Origin: an uncultured Nitrososphaerota archaeon
GTDB lineage: Archaea; Thermoproteota; EX4484-205; JAAOZO01
Reading direction: 5' to 3'
DNA length: 64,000 bases
Assembly (NCBI GenBank): GCA_964408285.1
Contig: CAYOYV010000002.1
Location: 110,590-174,589 of the forward strand
In this document: piece by piece, positions 39,301-48,299 of the stretch
Layout of the letters: each line of letters opens with the position of its first letter
How positions within the stretch are numbered: position 1 is the stretch's first letter
The notes under the pieces: generated by a model
What the model saw: the letters and a program-made list of their open reading frames with translations, nothing else
Told to the model about the DNA's origin: nothing
Database searches by the model: none
Translations under genes and position numbers: made by a program

Positions 39301-40500
39301 TCACAATGCGGAGCCTTCACGAATGTCATGGACTGCCTTATTGATAATCCGTACGCCCTCCCTTATGTTCTCCACTGAATTTGCATAACTTATCCTTATG
39401 TAACCCTCACCATTTGAGCCCATAGCAGTTCCATGAAGGACCGCTACACCATATTTCTCCAAGATGAACCTCATGAGTCCCTCGCTGTTCATAATTCCAT
39501 TCTTTAGCACCTGCTTGACATTTACGAATCCATAGAATGCACCACGCGGTTTCACCATGGAAAGCTGCTTGGTTCTTTCTATTTCCTCCATCAGGACATT
39601 CCTCCTTTGCTGATAGGTTCTTACCATCTCGTAAACAGGTTCCATAGGCCCCTCTAGCGCCGCTATGCCTCCCCTCTGAACAAACATGCTCACACAAGAT
39701 GTCATGAGATTGAGAATCTTGGTCGTGAAGGGCAGAAGATACTTCGGCACTATCATGTAGCCCAATCTCCACCCAGTCATGGCATATCCTTTCGAGAAGC
39801 CGTCCAGTATGATTGTCCTTTCAAGGTTAGGATCGAATTCCGCAGGGGAGCAATTCCTCGTTCCGTCATAGATCAGGTACTTATAGATTTCATCCGAGAT
39901 GACGTAGATGCCTTTCTCCCTGGCCAATTCCGTTATCCCTTTCACATCCTCCTTTGTTAGCACGGAACCAGTCGGGTTCTCCGGTGAATTCAGCACGATT
40001 GCCTTTGTTTTTCCAGTGATCAATTTGCTGACCTCCTGAGCCGTCATTCTGAATTCGTTCCCTTCCCTGAGTTTGACCGATACAGGCCTACCGTGGAAGA
40101 ATTTTGTCGCGCCTTGATAAGCAGGATAACCAGGGTTAGGCAATATCACCTCGTCCCCTTGCTCTAGGACGGAAGCCAGGGCAGCAAATACTCCCTCCTT
40201 TGCACCAACCGTTACCAATACATTTTCCCTCCAGTTGAGATCTATGCCAAGATCTTGTTTTGTCTTCTTGGCAATGGATTCCCTGAGCTCAGGCAAGCCT
40301 GGCGTTGGAGTGTAGTGCGTCTCCCCTTTCCTCAAGGCCTCAATCGCGGCCTCTCTAATGTGAAGGGGTGTCACAAAATCAGGTTCTCCTATCTCCAAGT
40401 GAATGATCTTCTTTCCCTGGGCCTCCAATTCCTTTGCTTTACCCAATACGACGAAAGCGGATTCAGCACCTGCGTCGATGGCTCTCTTTGCAATGTCCAA
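39301..40500 (-). CDS. class I/II PLP-dependent aminotransferase (aspartate aminotransferase family)
   Basis: NPTG, the PLP-lysine region FSKGYAMTGWRLGY, and the overall fold-type I pattern. Confidence 0.9.
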   Translation of the reverse strand: MDIAKRAIDAGAESAFVVLGKAKELEAQGKKIIHLEIGEPDFVTPLHIREAAIEALRKGETHYTPTPGLPELRESIAKKTKQDLGIDLNWRENVLVTVGAKEGVFAALASVLEQGDEVILPNPGYPAYQGATKFFHGRPVSVKLREGNEFRMTAQEVSKLITGKTKAIVLNSPENPTGSVLTKEDVKGITELAREKGIYVISDEIYKYLIYDGTRNCSPAEFDPNLERTIILDGFSKGYAMTGWRLGYMIVPKYLLPFTTKILNLMTSCVSMFVQRGGIAALEGPMEPVYEMVRTYQQRRNVLMEEIERTKQLSMVKPRGAFYGFVNVKQVLKNGIMNSEGLMRFILEKYGVAVLHGTAMGSNGEGYIRISYANSVENIREGVRIINKAVHDIREGSAL

Positions 40501-40704
40501 GGTCTTCCTCTAGTGCAGTTATGGGCTATCTGGCTATTTGAATTCTATTAGGGATTCCCCTTTGGCACTCAGGACGGCCCTCTTTGGCATCGAGAACCTG
40601 ATTAGGGAGCAAATCGGTGAAATGACCCAGTAGAGCTGATTCAGCAGAGTCGCCCGGAAAAAAGGATGGTTCTATGTATTCGATCTCCCCAGACCTTTCA
40701 TATT

Positions 40705-40998
40705 TCACACTTGTGGTGTGCTGGTTTGTGTGCTTTCGCCACTGGATTCGATCTGAACCGCATAACTACCGTCAGGCTTCTTCCAGAACAATATCTCGTC
40801 TCCTGACTTTGCAATCTCGCTGAGTCCGAAGTAGATCCTGTTATACCTGTCAACTCTCTTGCTGAATTCGGCTGTGCCTACGACCAGCTTGAACGCACCA
40901 CGCGGAAATACCTTTACAGAATCGTTTGGCACACGAACAAAACCCTTTTGGACCTCTGAGGCAGTCAATTTCTTCCTGAGCACTATCTGGGCGCTCAT
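40705..40998 (-). CDS. stand-alone B3-like (EcoRII-N/plant B3 pseudobarrel) DNA-binding domain protein
   Basis: KKLTASEVQKGFVRVPNDSVKVFP and SGDEILFWK parallel the B3 consensus K.LT.SDV..L.IPK..AEK.FP and AGDVVSF. 97 aa with no catalytic domain. Confidence 0.5.
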   Translation of the reverse strand: MSAQIVLRKKLTASEVQKGFVRVPNDSVKVFPRGAFKLVVGTAEFSKRVDRYNRIYFGLSEIAKSGDEILFWKKPDGSYAVQIESSGESTQTSTPQV

Positions 40999-41209
40999 TC
41001 TAACGTCTGAGTGAGAATCGGGCTTTTAAAAACATTACATTCTCCCGCGATCACGGAGTCGTCGTTCAAAATATGAAGATACCAGACTACCACATGCGAT
41101 TCATTTTCCAAAGGCGCAAAATCGAATCTTGTAATAACTCCAGTCAACTGTCTGCTAAGGTTGTTAAACGGATTCGCCAGTTTGGTTCACTTGCGACCGA
41201 TCCGCGAAT

Positions 41210-42532
41210 ATGCGCCAGATTGCTGAACTGCTAACGAGGACACGCTTCGATGATTACTGGTCATTCTCCGATGCAACAAGGAAGGAAATATCGCGTCTCA
41301 CTCATAGCTATCATCGATACCCATCGAAGTTCATCCCGCAACTTTCGAACCGATTGATTAGCCAATATAGCGAACAGAACCAGACTGTATTGGACCCTTT
41401 CGTCGGTGGAGGCACTGCCTTAGTAGAAGGTATGCTCTTAGGACGCAGAGCAGTTGGGATAGATATCAATCCCATAGCATGCTTGATTTCGAGAGTGAAG
41501 ACAACTCCAATTTCGCCAAGCGTCCTTGAGGGCGAGTTCAATAAGATAATGACCAAGGTGCACGATCGCAGCAAAAACACCACCTTGGTGACACGTGCGT
41601 CCAGAACGGTGACATCTGACTTGGACATCAGCAGGATCCGTTACTGGTTTACTGATAGCTCGATAAGACATCTTTCGCTCATTCTGTCCGTGATAGACGA
41701 AGTGGAAGACCATAGGATTCGCGAATTCTCACTCTGCGCGTTTTCGCACATATTGAAGAATTGCTCCCTATGGAGCATGAGAAGCATAAAGCCAACACGT
41801 GACATGCACAAGAATATTCCGAACCCAATCAATACATTCCAGAAACACATGCTACATATGATTATGAAGAATCTGCAATTCGATGCCCTTCTCCCTCTCT
41901 CGGCAAAGGAGAATCTGGATGAGCATGTTAGAGTGGTGCAAGATGATTGTCGAAATGCTGCTGAGCACTGTCGGAATGCTTCGCTAATAGTGACGAGTCC
42001 TCCGTACGTTACCTCATATGAATATTTCTCCGTTCATCAATTGAGCGTGATGTGGCTTCATCCATCGATAAACTTCACGGAATACAAGAAGAAGTTCATC
42101 GGAATAAAGCACAAGCCTCTGCTAACTGAGCAATTGGCAAGCGAGACGGGCAGGAAACTCGTCCAACAGCTTTATTCGACGCCACATGCCGCTGTCAATG
42201 CTTATGCGAGGGCCGTTCAAACTTACTTTGCTGAGATGCAACAGGCGCTTTTGAAATTCAGAGAAGTCCTAAGACCAGGAGGTAAGATCTGCATTGTCAT
42301 AGGAAATACCTCCTACTACGGTGTCACTGTCAGAAATGCCGAAGTCATGGCAGAAACCTGCGATGCCTTGGGCTATGAGCTGCAATTCATCATAAAGAGA
42401 AGGGTTCCTCTAAGCGCCAAATTCCTACCTTCGGCTCGCGACCCACGAACGGGAAACTTCGTCTCATCCAAGGGAAACTCCAAAATCGCATATCCATACG
42501 AGTATATCCTGACTTTCTCAAAGAGAAACTAG
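41210..42532 (+). CDS. DNA methyltransferase (N4-cytosine/N6-adenine family, alpha-like motif order)
   Basis: SAM-binding motif I (VLDPFVGGGTALVEG) is near the N-terminus, catalytic motif IV (TSPPYVTSYEY) is at about residue 263, and LRPGGKICIVIG follows. Confidence 0.8.
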   Translation: MRQIAELLTRTRFDDYWSFSDATRKEISRLTHSYHRYPSKFIPQLSNRLISQYSEQNQTVLDPFVGGGTALVEGMLLGRRAVGIDINPIACLISRVKTTPISPSVLEGEFNKIMTKVHDRSKNTTLVTRASRTVTSDLDISRIRYWFTDSSIRHLSLILSVIDEVEDHRIREFSLCAFSHILKNCSLWSMRSIKPTRDMHKNIPNPINTFQKHMLHMIMKNLQFDALLPLSAKENLDEHVRVVQDDCRNAAEHCRNASLIVTSPPYVTSYEYFSVHQLSVMWLHPSINFTEYKKKFIGIKHKPLLTEQLASETGRKLVQQLYSTPHAAVNAYARAVQTYFAEMQQALLKFREVLRPGGKICIVIGNTSYYGVTVRNAEVMAETCDALGYELQFIIKRRVPLSAKFLPSARDPRTGNFVSSKGNSKIAYPYEYILTFSKRN

Positions 42533-42590
42533 AATCAGGACGGATTATCATCAGGAGAGAAAGAAGCAACGATGAGCTAGAACAGTAGGT

Positions 42591-43388
42591 CTAGGGTGTT
42601 CCCTTTGACTCGGCGACCTTTTCCTCCATTGCAACCTTCTCAGTAGGCTCTGGCTCCTCTCCCGGCTTCTTTTCCTCAGAGGCTTTTTCCTCAGATGGCT
42701 TTTCCTCTTTTTCCCTTTGGTATTCCTCTACGAATATTACTTTGTCTACTGATTTGAGGTATCTGCTGATGTCAGAGAACACAGCTCTCTTCAATACAGG
42801 AAGGCCCTCAACATAGAACATCTCTTGAGGCAGTTTTACGGTCACGATGGACTCGGAGATCTCAGCGGTTATGGCCCCCTCCTTCGGTTTTGGGAATCTC
42901 CTGTTAAGGATTGCATTCGCTTTTCCAAGATCGTCCTCGATCTTGCTGACCACTTTGAACGAATAAGTCAGAGTTTTACCTGCAAGGGGGGGATTGAAAT
43001 CCACGCTAACTCTACCAGAGCTTATTGTCTTTATTGTCCCTATCTTCCCATCTATATCGACCCTTGCCCCGACATCCAAATTCTTCACGCCTGCGAATTT
43101 CCTTATCGGATAGACCCTGACCTTCGTTGGATCCCTTTGCCCGTATCCCTCCTCTGGTGCCACATTGATTTCGTATTGTTCGTTCACAGTGGCCTCCTTC
43201 AGCCTGTTCTCCAGGCCCTTTGGTATTCCCCCAGCACCCAATATGAACAGCCTGGGTTCATACGCCTGACGTTCATCAAAGCCCTTCATCTCCTTTGCAG
43301 TGTCCGCGTTCGTCGTATCAACCAGTTCGCCCGTTTCTTGCACTTTTGCCGTGAAATCAACCAGGAGAAATGAGCCCTCTTCGTTCAT
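42591..43388 (-). CDS. long-type archaeal FKBP peptidyl-prolyl cis-trans isomerase
   Basis: FKBP domain with IF insert, followed by a C-terminal domain and an acidic Lys/Glu-rich tail. The pattern matches archaeal FKBP26-like proteins. Confidence 0.85.
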   Translation of the reverse strand: MNEEGSFLLVDFTAKVQETGELVDTTNADTAKEMKGFDERQAYEPRLFILGAGGIPKGLENRLKEATVNEQYEINVAPEEGYGQRDPTKVRVYPIRKFAGVKNLDVGARVDIDGKIGTIKTISSGRVSVDFNPPLAGKTLTYSFKVVSKIEDDLGKANAILNRRFPKPKEGAITAEISESIVTVKLPQEMFYVEGLPVLKRAVFSDISRYLKSVDKVIFVEEYQREKEEKPSEEKASEEKKPGEEPEPTEKVAMEEKVAESKGTP

Positions 43389-43490
43389 GATACATTTTCC
43401 CCAAAAATCGGTCTAATATATAAACCATCCCCGCCCCAAGTCCAAGGCTCGGATGAGAAATGCGTGCGTCTCACCCGTCGCGCGCGGGTC

Positions 43491-44006
43491 CTATTCGTTC
43501 ACGTTTATCTCCTTTATCCGGGCATCTCCATCTATTTTCTTTATGAATGCATATACTGAGGGCGGAACTAGGTTAGACCAATCTTCTCCTGCCAATATTC
43601 TCCTTCTGATCTCTGTTCCGGAATACAATTCACGCTCGTAGAAGGGAATCTGCCTCACTTCATACCCCTCCTCCTTGAGGAGCCTGCTCGTCAGTGGATC
43701 GTTCGTGTAGACGCGCCGAAATGAGGGAACGCCCTTCCTGACATATGTAACCCATGATGGATGGAAGTCAGTATCTGGTATCCCTGTCAACAGGTATCTC
43801 CTTGCATCTATTCTGTCTTCATCAAGAGCGTCTAGCAGCATCTCGATCCTTTCTCCAAGAGTGAATGGATTCTTTGGTTCGTGGCTTGAGAGGGAACTCC
43901 CTATGGCTATTGTCAAGCGGTCTTCCTGCCTCAGAATTTCCCTTATGGCGTGCAAGTGCCCCTTATGGACCGGCTGAAATCTGCCCACATATAGGACCCA
44001 CGGCAT
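43491..44006 (-). CDS. nadM: nicotinamide-nucleotide adenylyltransferase, archaeal type
   Basis: GRFQPVHKGH (the HxGH nucleotidyltransferase motif) and the 171-aa size match archaeal NMNAT. Confidence 0.9.
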   Translation of the reverse strand: MPWVLYVGRFQPVHKGHLHAIREILRQEDRLTIAIGSSLSSHEPKNPFTLGERIEMLLDALDEDRIDARRYLLTGIPDTDFHPSWVTYVRKGVPSFRRVYTNDPLTSRLLKEEGYEVRQIPFYERELYSGTEIRRRILAGEDWSNLVPPSVYAFIKKIDGDARIKEINVNE

Positions 44007-44168
44007 TGCTCCTGCTCAACATAGACTGGAGCTGGAGGATTATTTATCGTTTAAAGCTGGATGGACGCGCGCTCGCTCTTGGTGGCAGCTGATAGGCGAC
44101 ATCGGGCATGTCACTTGCTTTGCCGAAGTCGGAGTGCAATTGGAACAGTCTTCTGAATCCTCCAGATG

Positions 44169-45485
44169 TCAAGGATTCCCAGGTTTTGGAGTTCCCCCTG
44201 GCCGGATTCTTGCAGTGTCCTTGACGCCGAATGCAAGTAACGTTCCTAGGACATAAAGCAAAGCTGCTGATATATAGAGTGCTGTATAGCCCAAGTTCGA
44301 TGACTGGGCATTGAAGTAGTCAAGCATGAACCCACCCATCCCAGCCAATACGCCTGAACCAGCAGTTGCGATGTTCGAAATTCCAAGATAACGCCCACCT
44401 GATTCAGAAGGAATCAGGTCAGCGCCCCAAGCCCAATTCACGCTCAAGAAGATTCCAGCACTAATTCCGATAAGACTCCCAAAAATCAGGACTTGATCCA
44501 ATGTGGTGGCGGTGATCAGCAGTAATGCCCCTATCGCACCAAGTACGCCCGAGAGGATGATGAACCATTTCCTGCCCCACCTGTCGCTCAACGCACCTGA
44601 AGGATAGACAACCACCGCGATCGTAATGGCTATGACAGCAAGCAGACTGCCAACGGCACTGGCCGGATTCGGCAAACCAAGCACATCCCTGAGGAAATAA
44701 AGTGCATAGTTGCGCACGAGATTGCTCGCCGTTATGATAACAAGGCGCGAAATCATCCATAGGAAAAAGTGCTTGCTATGGAAGAGACTCGCCAGAGAAT
44801 CGCGAAGCGTACTCGAGCTGGGCCCCTGCATTGTTGATTTGGGCTGGATCTTGGGAGCTCCATCGAAAGGTTGCTCGGTTACAAATATCGCAGTAACCGC
44901 CATTGAGAAGAGGAGAAAGAAAATGATCGTCAGAAATGCGATCAGTATCTGTCCCTGTCCGATTAGATAGCCCATAATGAGAGACGTAACGATCATGCCT
45001 GCTATCTCCAAGAACTGCTTGACACCAGTTACAGCTCCTCGCTTCCTCTCTGGGACCAGCTCGGGGATGTAGCCCTGATACGGCCCATGAGCTATATTGG
45101 AAGAGGTTTGTAGAAGCAAGTAGGCAGCAAGCAGCACCAAATAATCTCCGGAATAGGCCATGGCCAGCAGGAAGATAACATCGAAGAGGGTGCCGCCGAC
45201 GATGTAAGGGCGTCTGCGTCCCCAACGTGTTGTGCGTGTGTCGCTCCACGCGCCGGCAACAGGTTGCACTACTATTGCGACGATCAGACCCAGCGCAGAA
45301 ATCATGCCTAGGGCACCTCCCTTTTGCGACTCGGGAACCAGTAGCGGGACAAGAGTTGGTAGAATGATTGGCCCCATCGAATTCCAAAGGAATGAAAGAG
45401 AGAACCAATAGACATTGAGGATCAGATAGTCCAGCAAGCGCAATGGATGAGAGGCAATGCTGCCTTTCTGGTCACCGGTGCTCAT
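44169..45485 (-). CDS. MFS transporter
   Basis: 12 TM helices. The start was set at MSTGDQ. The 84-codon N-terminal extension of the ORF overlaps rtcA and is not hydrophobic. Confidence 0.8.
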   Translation of the reverse strand: MSTGDQKGSIASHPLRLLDYLILNVYWFSLSFLWNSMGPIILPTLVPLLVPESQKGGALGMISALGLIVAIVVQPVAGAWSDTRTTRWGRRRPYIVGGTLFDVIFLLAMAYSGDYLVLLAAYLLLQTSSNIAHGPYQGYIPELVPERKRGAVTGVKQFLEIAGMIVTSLIMGYLIGQGQILIAFLTIIFFLLFSMAVTAIFVTEQPFDGAPKIQPKSTMQGPSSSTLRDSLASLFHSKHFFLWMISRLVIITASNLVRNYALYFLRDVLGLPNPASAVGSLLAVIAITIAVVVYPSGALSDRWGRKWFIILSGVLGAIGALLLITATTLDQVLIFGSLIGISAGIFLSVNWAWGADLIPSESGGRYLGISNIATAGSGVLAGMGGFMLDYFNAQSSNLGYTALYISAALLYVLGTLLAFGVKDTARIRPGGTPKPGNP

Positions 45486-45593
45486 TCTCCCCCGAAGCCC
45501 AGTATGGGAGTTTAAAAAGCGAGGGTCAATTCGAAGAAGTTCACCTCGAAATGGCCCAAATCTTATCAGGCGGATACGGAGATCTGAATTGAC

Positions 45594-46622
45594 TTGATAG
45601 AGATCGACGGATCTTACGGTGAGGGAGGGGGACAGCTTGTGAGGATGGCCCTGGCCTTTTCCTCCATTTTCGCAGAACCGATAAGAATTTTCAACATAAG
45701 GGCCAGAAGAAGCAATCCAGGTATAAGACCACAGCATCTTGCCGCGATAAGGTCAGTGATCATGATCTCGGGAGGAAAAGTCGACGGAGCGCATGTGGGC
45801 TCATCGATCCTAGGATACTTCCCAGAAAGGCCGGTGGGCGGGAAATTCAGCTTAGATATTGGAACAGCAGGAAGCGTCGCAATGGTCCTGCAGGCCTTGC
45901 TTCCAATCTCCCTAATGGCCGAAAAAGAGGTGACTGGGATAATCAGAGGAGGCACAGAAGTCCCATGGAGCCCCACAGTGGACTATTTCGATGAGGTGTT
46001 CCTGAAAGCAGTAAGGAGAATGGGAGCGCAAATACGTCTGAAGCTTCTCAGAAGTGGATACTACCCGAAGGGGGGCGGCTTGGTTGAGTTCAAAGTGGAA
46101 CCATCCAAGGAATTAGGCGGCCTCGATCTCATCGATTTCCCCAAGCGGACATGGGTGAAAGGCATAAGCAGATCCCACAATCTTCCTCAGTCAGTTTCGG
46201 AGAGGCAGTCAAACGCTGCGCGGAAGTATCTTGAATCACGAGGAATCGAGGTCGAGGCAATCCAAACATTATCTGGAAAAGAAGCGCTCGGACCCGGCAG
46301 CAGCATAACGCTATGGGCAAGCGGGACTTCAGAGCTATACGTTGGAGGTGATGCATTGGGCGAAAGAGGAAAACCCTCCGAAAAGGTTGGCGAAGAGTCC
46401 GCTGGAATGATTTGGCGTTATCTGGAATCGAAGGCGCCGGTTGACGAGCATGTTGCTGACATGCTGCTCCCCTATCTTGTCCTGGCAAAGGGACAGTCAA
46501 GGATGAGGATCTCAAATCCTACTCAGCATCTCCTCACTGAGATTCATGTTGCTAATCTATTTGGAAAGACCAATGTTTCGCTGACTGAGGACGAAACTCC
46601 GACGCTAATAGTGAGTGCTTAA
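45594..46622 (+). CDS. rtcA: RNA 3'-terminal phosphate cyclase
   Basis: The GEGGGQ-containing N-terminus, overall length and RtcA motif pattern are present. The active-site His region is present (GPGSSITLWASG... H). Confidence 0.9.
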   Translation: MIEIDGSYGEGGGQLVRMALAFSSIFAEPIRIFNIRARRSNPGIRPQHLAAIRSVIMISGGKVDGAHVGSSILGYFPERPVGGKFSLDIGTAGSVAMVLQALLPISLMAEKEVTGIIRGGTEVPWSPTVDYFDEVFLKAVRRMGAQIRLKLLRSGYYPKGGGLVEFKVEPSKELGGLDLIDFPKRTWVKGISRSHNLPQSVSERQSNAARKYLESRGIEVEAIQTLSGKEALGPGSSITLWASGTSELYVGGDALGERGKPSEKVGEESAGMIWRYLESKAPVDEHVADMLLPYLVLAKGQSRMRISNPTQHLLTEIHVANLFGKTNVSLTEDETPTLIVSA

Positions 46623-46664
46623 TAACAGAATCCTTTAAATCCATGATGAGATGTCCTTCTTGTC

Positions 46665-47264
46665 ATGTCTGAATACGGCTTTCCCGGTGCCACTGCTTTG
46701 GGCCTGATTTACAAGGATGGCGTGATGTTAGTTGCGGATAGACGTGCTTCTTACGGCACATTCGTACTCAGCAAGAACGCTAGGAAGATCTTCAGGGTCT
46801 CGGAAAGGATTGGAATTGTCTCAGCAGGGTTCATATCCGATATGCAGACCCTAGTTAGGGAGGCACGCTACAATGCGAATATGTTCAGACTTCATAACAA
46901 CAGGGAGATGAATGCGAGAGCTTTGGCCAAATTCATGTCGAATGCTCTTTTCTCCAGTCGAACGGCGCCCCTGATGACGCAAACCATAGTTGCAGGATTT
47001 GACAAGGGCGAGAAATCGGTAATAGTCCTAGATGCGTTGGGTTCTCTCATAGAGGACAGATACACTGCCGTGGGAAGTGGTTCTGAAGTTGCACTGGGAG
47101 TGCTTGAGGCCGATTACAAGGAGAACATGACATATGAAGAGGCAAAGGATTTGATTGTCAGAACTGTGAAGGCCGCTCTTGCCAGAGATTCTGCATCAGG
47201 AAATGGCATAGATCTATTGGTGATAGATGAAAAGGGAACAAGGGAGGAGTTCATCTCTATCTGA
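46665..47264 (+). CDS. psmB: proteasome subunit beta
   Basis: Short propeptide then TTALGL (Thr1 nucleophile). Ntn-hydrolase core of 199 aa. Confidence 0.9.
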   Translation: MSEYGFPGATALGLIYKDGVMLVADRRASYGTFVLSKNARKIFRVSERIGIVSAGFISDMQTLVREARYNANMFRLHNNREMNARALAKFMSNALFSSRTAPLMTQTIVAGFDKGEKSVIVLDALGSLIEDRYTAVGSGSEVALGVLEADYKENMTYEEAKDLIVRTVKAALARDSASGNGIDLLVIDEKGTREEFISI

Positions 47265-48225
47265 GCCTGATTGGCCGGCTCAGTCTACTCAGTAGGCTTA
47301 CCCTACTATCATCATCGTGCATTATGATCGGATAACTAGATGAGGCCGAAATGGCGCCTGCGAATTGCTTTATCTCCCTATTTGAAGGCATGTTCTCTTC
47401 CTTCATCCTTCCGACAGTCCGGCCATATCCAATCGACATTGCAGCCTTGACCTCGACGTAGGTCGGGCCATATTTGGAAATCAGGGCCGCGTAGCCATCC
47501 GGATTCTTCATATTCATTGCTCTTGCTGTTGTTATTCTGAACACCGTCGGGCATGAGAAGGAGCCGGTCAATTCAAGGGATTGAAGCAGCAATGAGTATC
47601 TCGTATTGGCATTCGGTCTGCACACTTTCAGATATGTGCTCTCATCAGGAGCTCCAACAGTGATGTAGAGCTGGGTCGGTTCGACATCCAGGCTGGAAAG
47701 CATGCTTGGATGTGTCCCATTCGTCACGAGCAATACCGTGAAGGACTTCTCTTTGTATATCGAGATCAGTTCGCCCAACTTCGGATAAAGTGTCGGTTCT
47801 CCGGAAAGTGAAATCGCAACCTGATTTGGATTGACAGCTTCCCTATATTTGCGCCTGTCGACCAAGCCCTTCATGACGAGATCATTATAGCCGCTCAGGA
47901 TCCTTCGTTGTTCGTGAATCGACTGCTCCACGATGAGCTCAGGCTCGTCGATTTGTCGCATCTTGCTTTCGTCGAAGGAGAGACCTAATTCCTCGGGCAT
48001 GACCCTCCAGCACCACAGACAGGCTTGATTGCAATAGGTCACCGCAGGCGACATCTGCACGCAGCGATGGGAAGGTATGCCGTAGAACTTCTGTTTGTAG
48101 CAAGTGCGATTCCTGACCAAACTCTCATGTGTCCATTTACATTTCTTGACGCCACTGTGCCTGCCTATTATATGGTACTTCTGATTCCTGAGGATCTTCG
48201 CAAGCGATTCAGGGATTTCGGACAA
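47257..48225 (-). CDS. taw1: tRNA 4-demethylwyosine synthase (Taw1/TYW1, radical SAM)
   Basis: Radical-SAM cluster motif C(x4)C(x2)C (CNQACLWC) and the TYW1 C-terminal wyosine-base domain. Overlaps psmB 3' end by 8 nt on the opposite strand. Confidence 0.85.
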   Translation of the reverse strand: MSEIPESLAKILRNQKYHIIGRHSGVKKCKWTHESLVRNRTCYKQKFYGIPSHRCVQMSPAVTYCNQACLWCWRVMPEELGLSFDESKMRQIDEPELIVEQSIHEQRRILSGYNDLVMKGLVDRRKYREAVNPNQVAISLSGEPTLYPKLGELISIYKEKSFTVLLVTNGTHPSMLSSLDVEPTQLYITVGAPDESTYLKVCRPNANTRYSLLLQSLELTGSFSCPTVFRITTARAMNMKNPDGYAALISKYGPTYVEVKAAMSIGYGRTVGRMKEENMPSNREIKQFAGAISASSSYPIIMHDDDSRVSLLSRLSRPIRLR

Positions 48226-48299
48226 TCTGCTGTGGCAACGGCTAGATCAAGGATAAAGAAATTCGTTTCGAGGCCTCGAATCTTACGCGCCGTGCATGC

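Noticed and set aside
40526-40708. 60-aa ORF overlapping the stop of the B3-like gene by 4 nt
   Set aside because: No motifs. It lies in the expected promoter region of the aminotransferase gene and could be spurious. It is too short to supply a missing nuclease domain.
44461-45408. 99- and 210-aa ORFs antisense to or overlapping the MFS transporter, and the 84-codon N-terminal extension of the MFS ORF itself
   Set aside because: The extension overlaps rtcA on the other strand and is hydrophilic. The internal Met (MSTGDQ) gives a normal MFS N-terminus.
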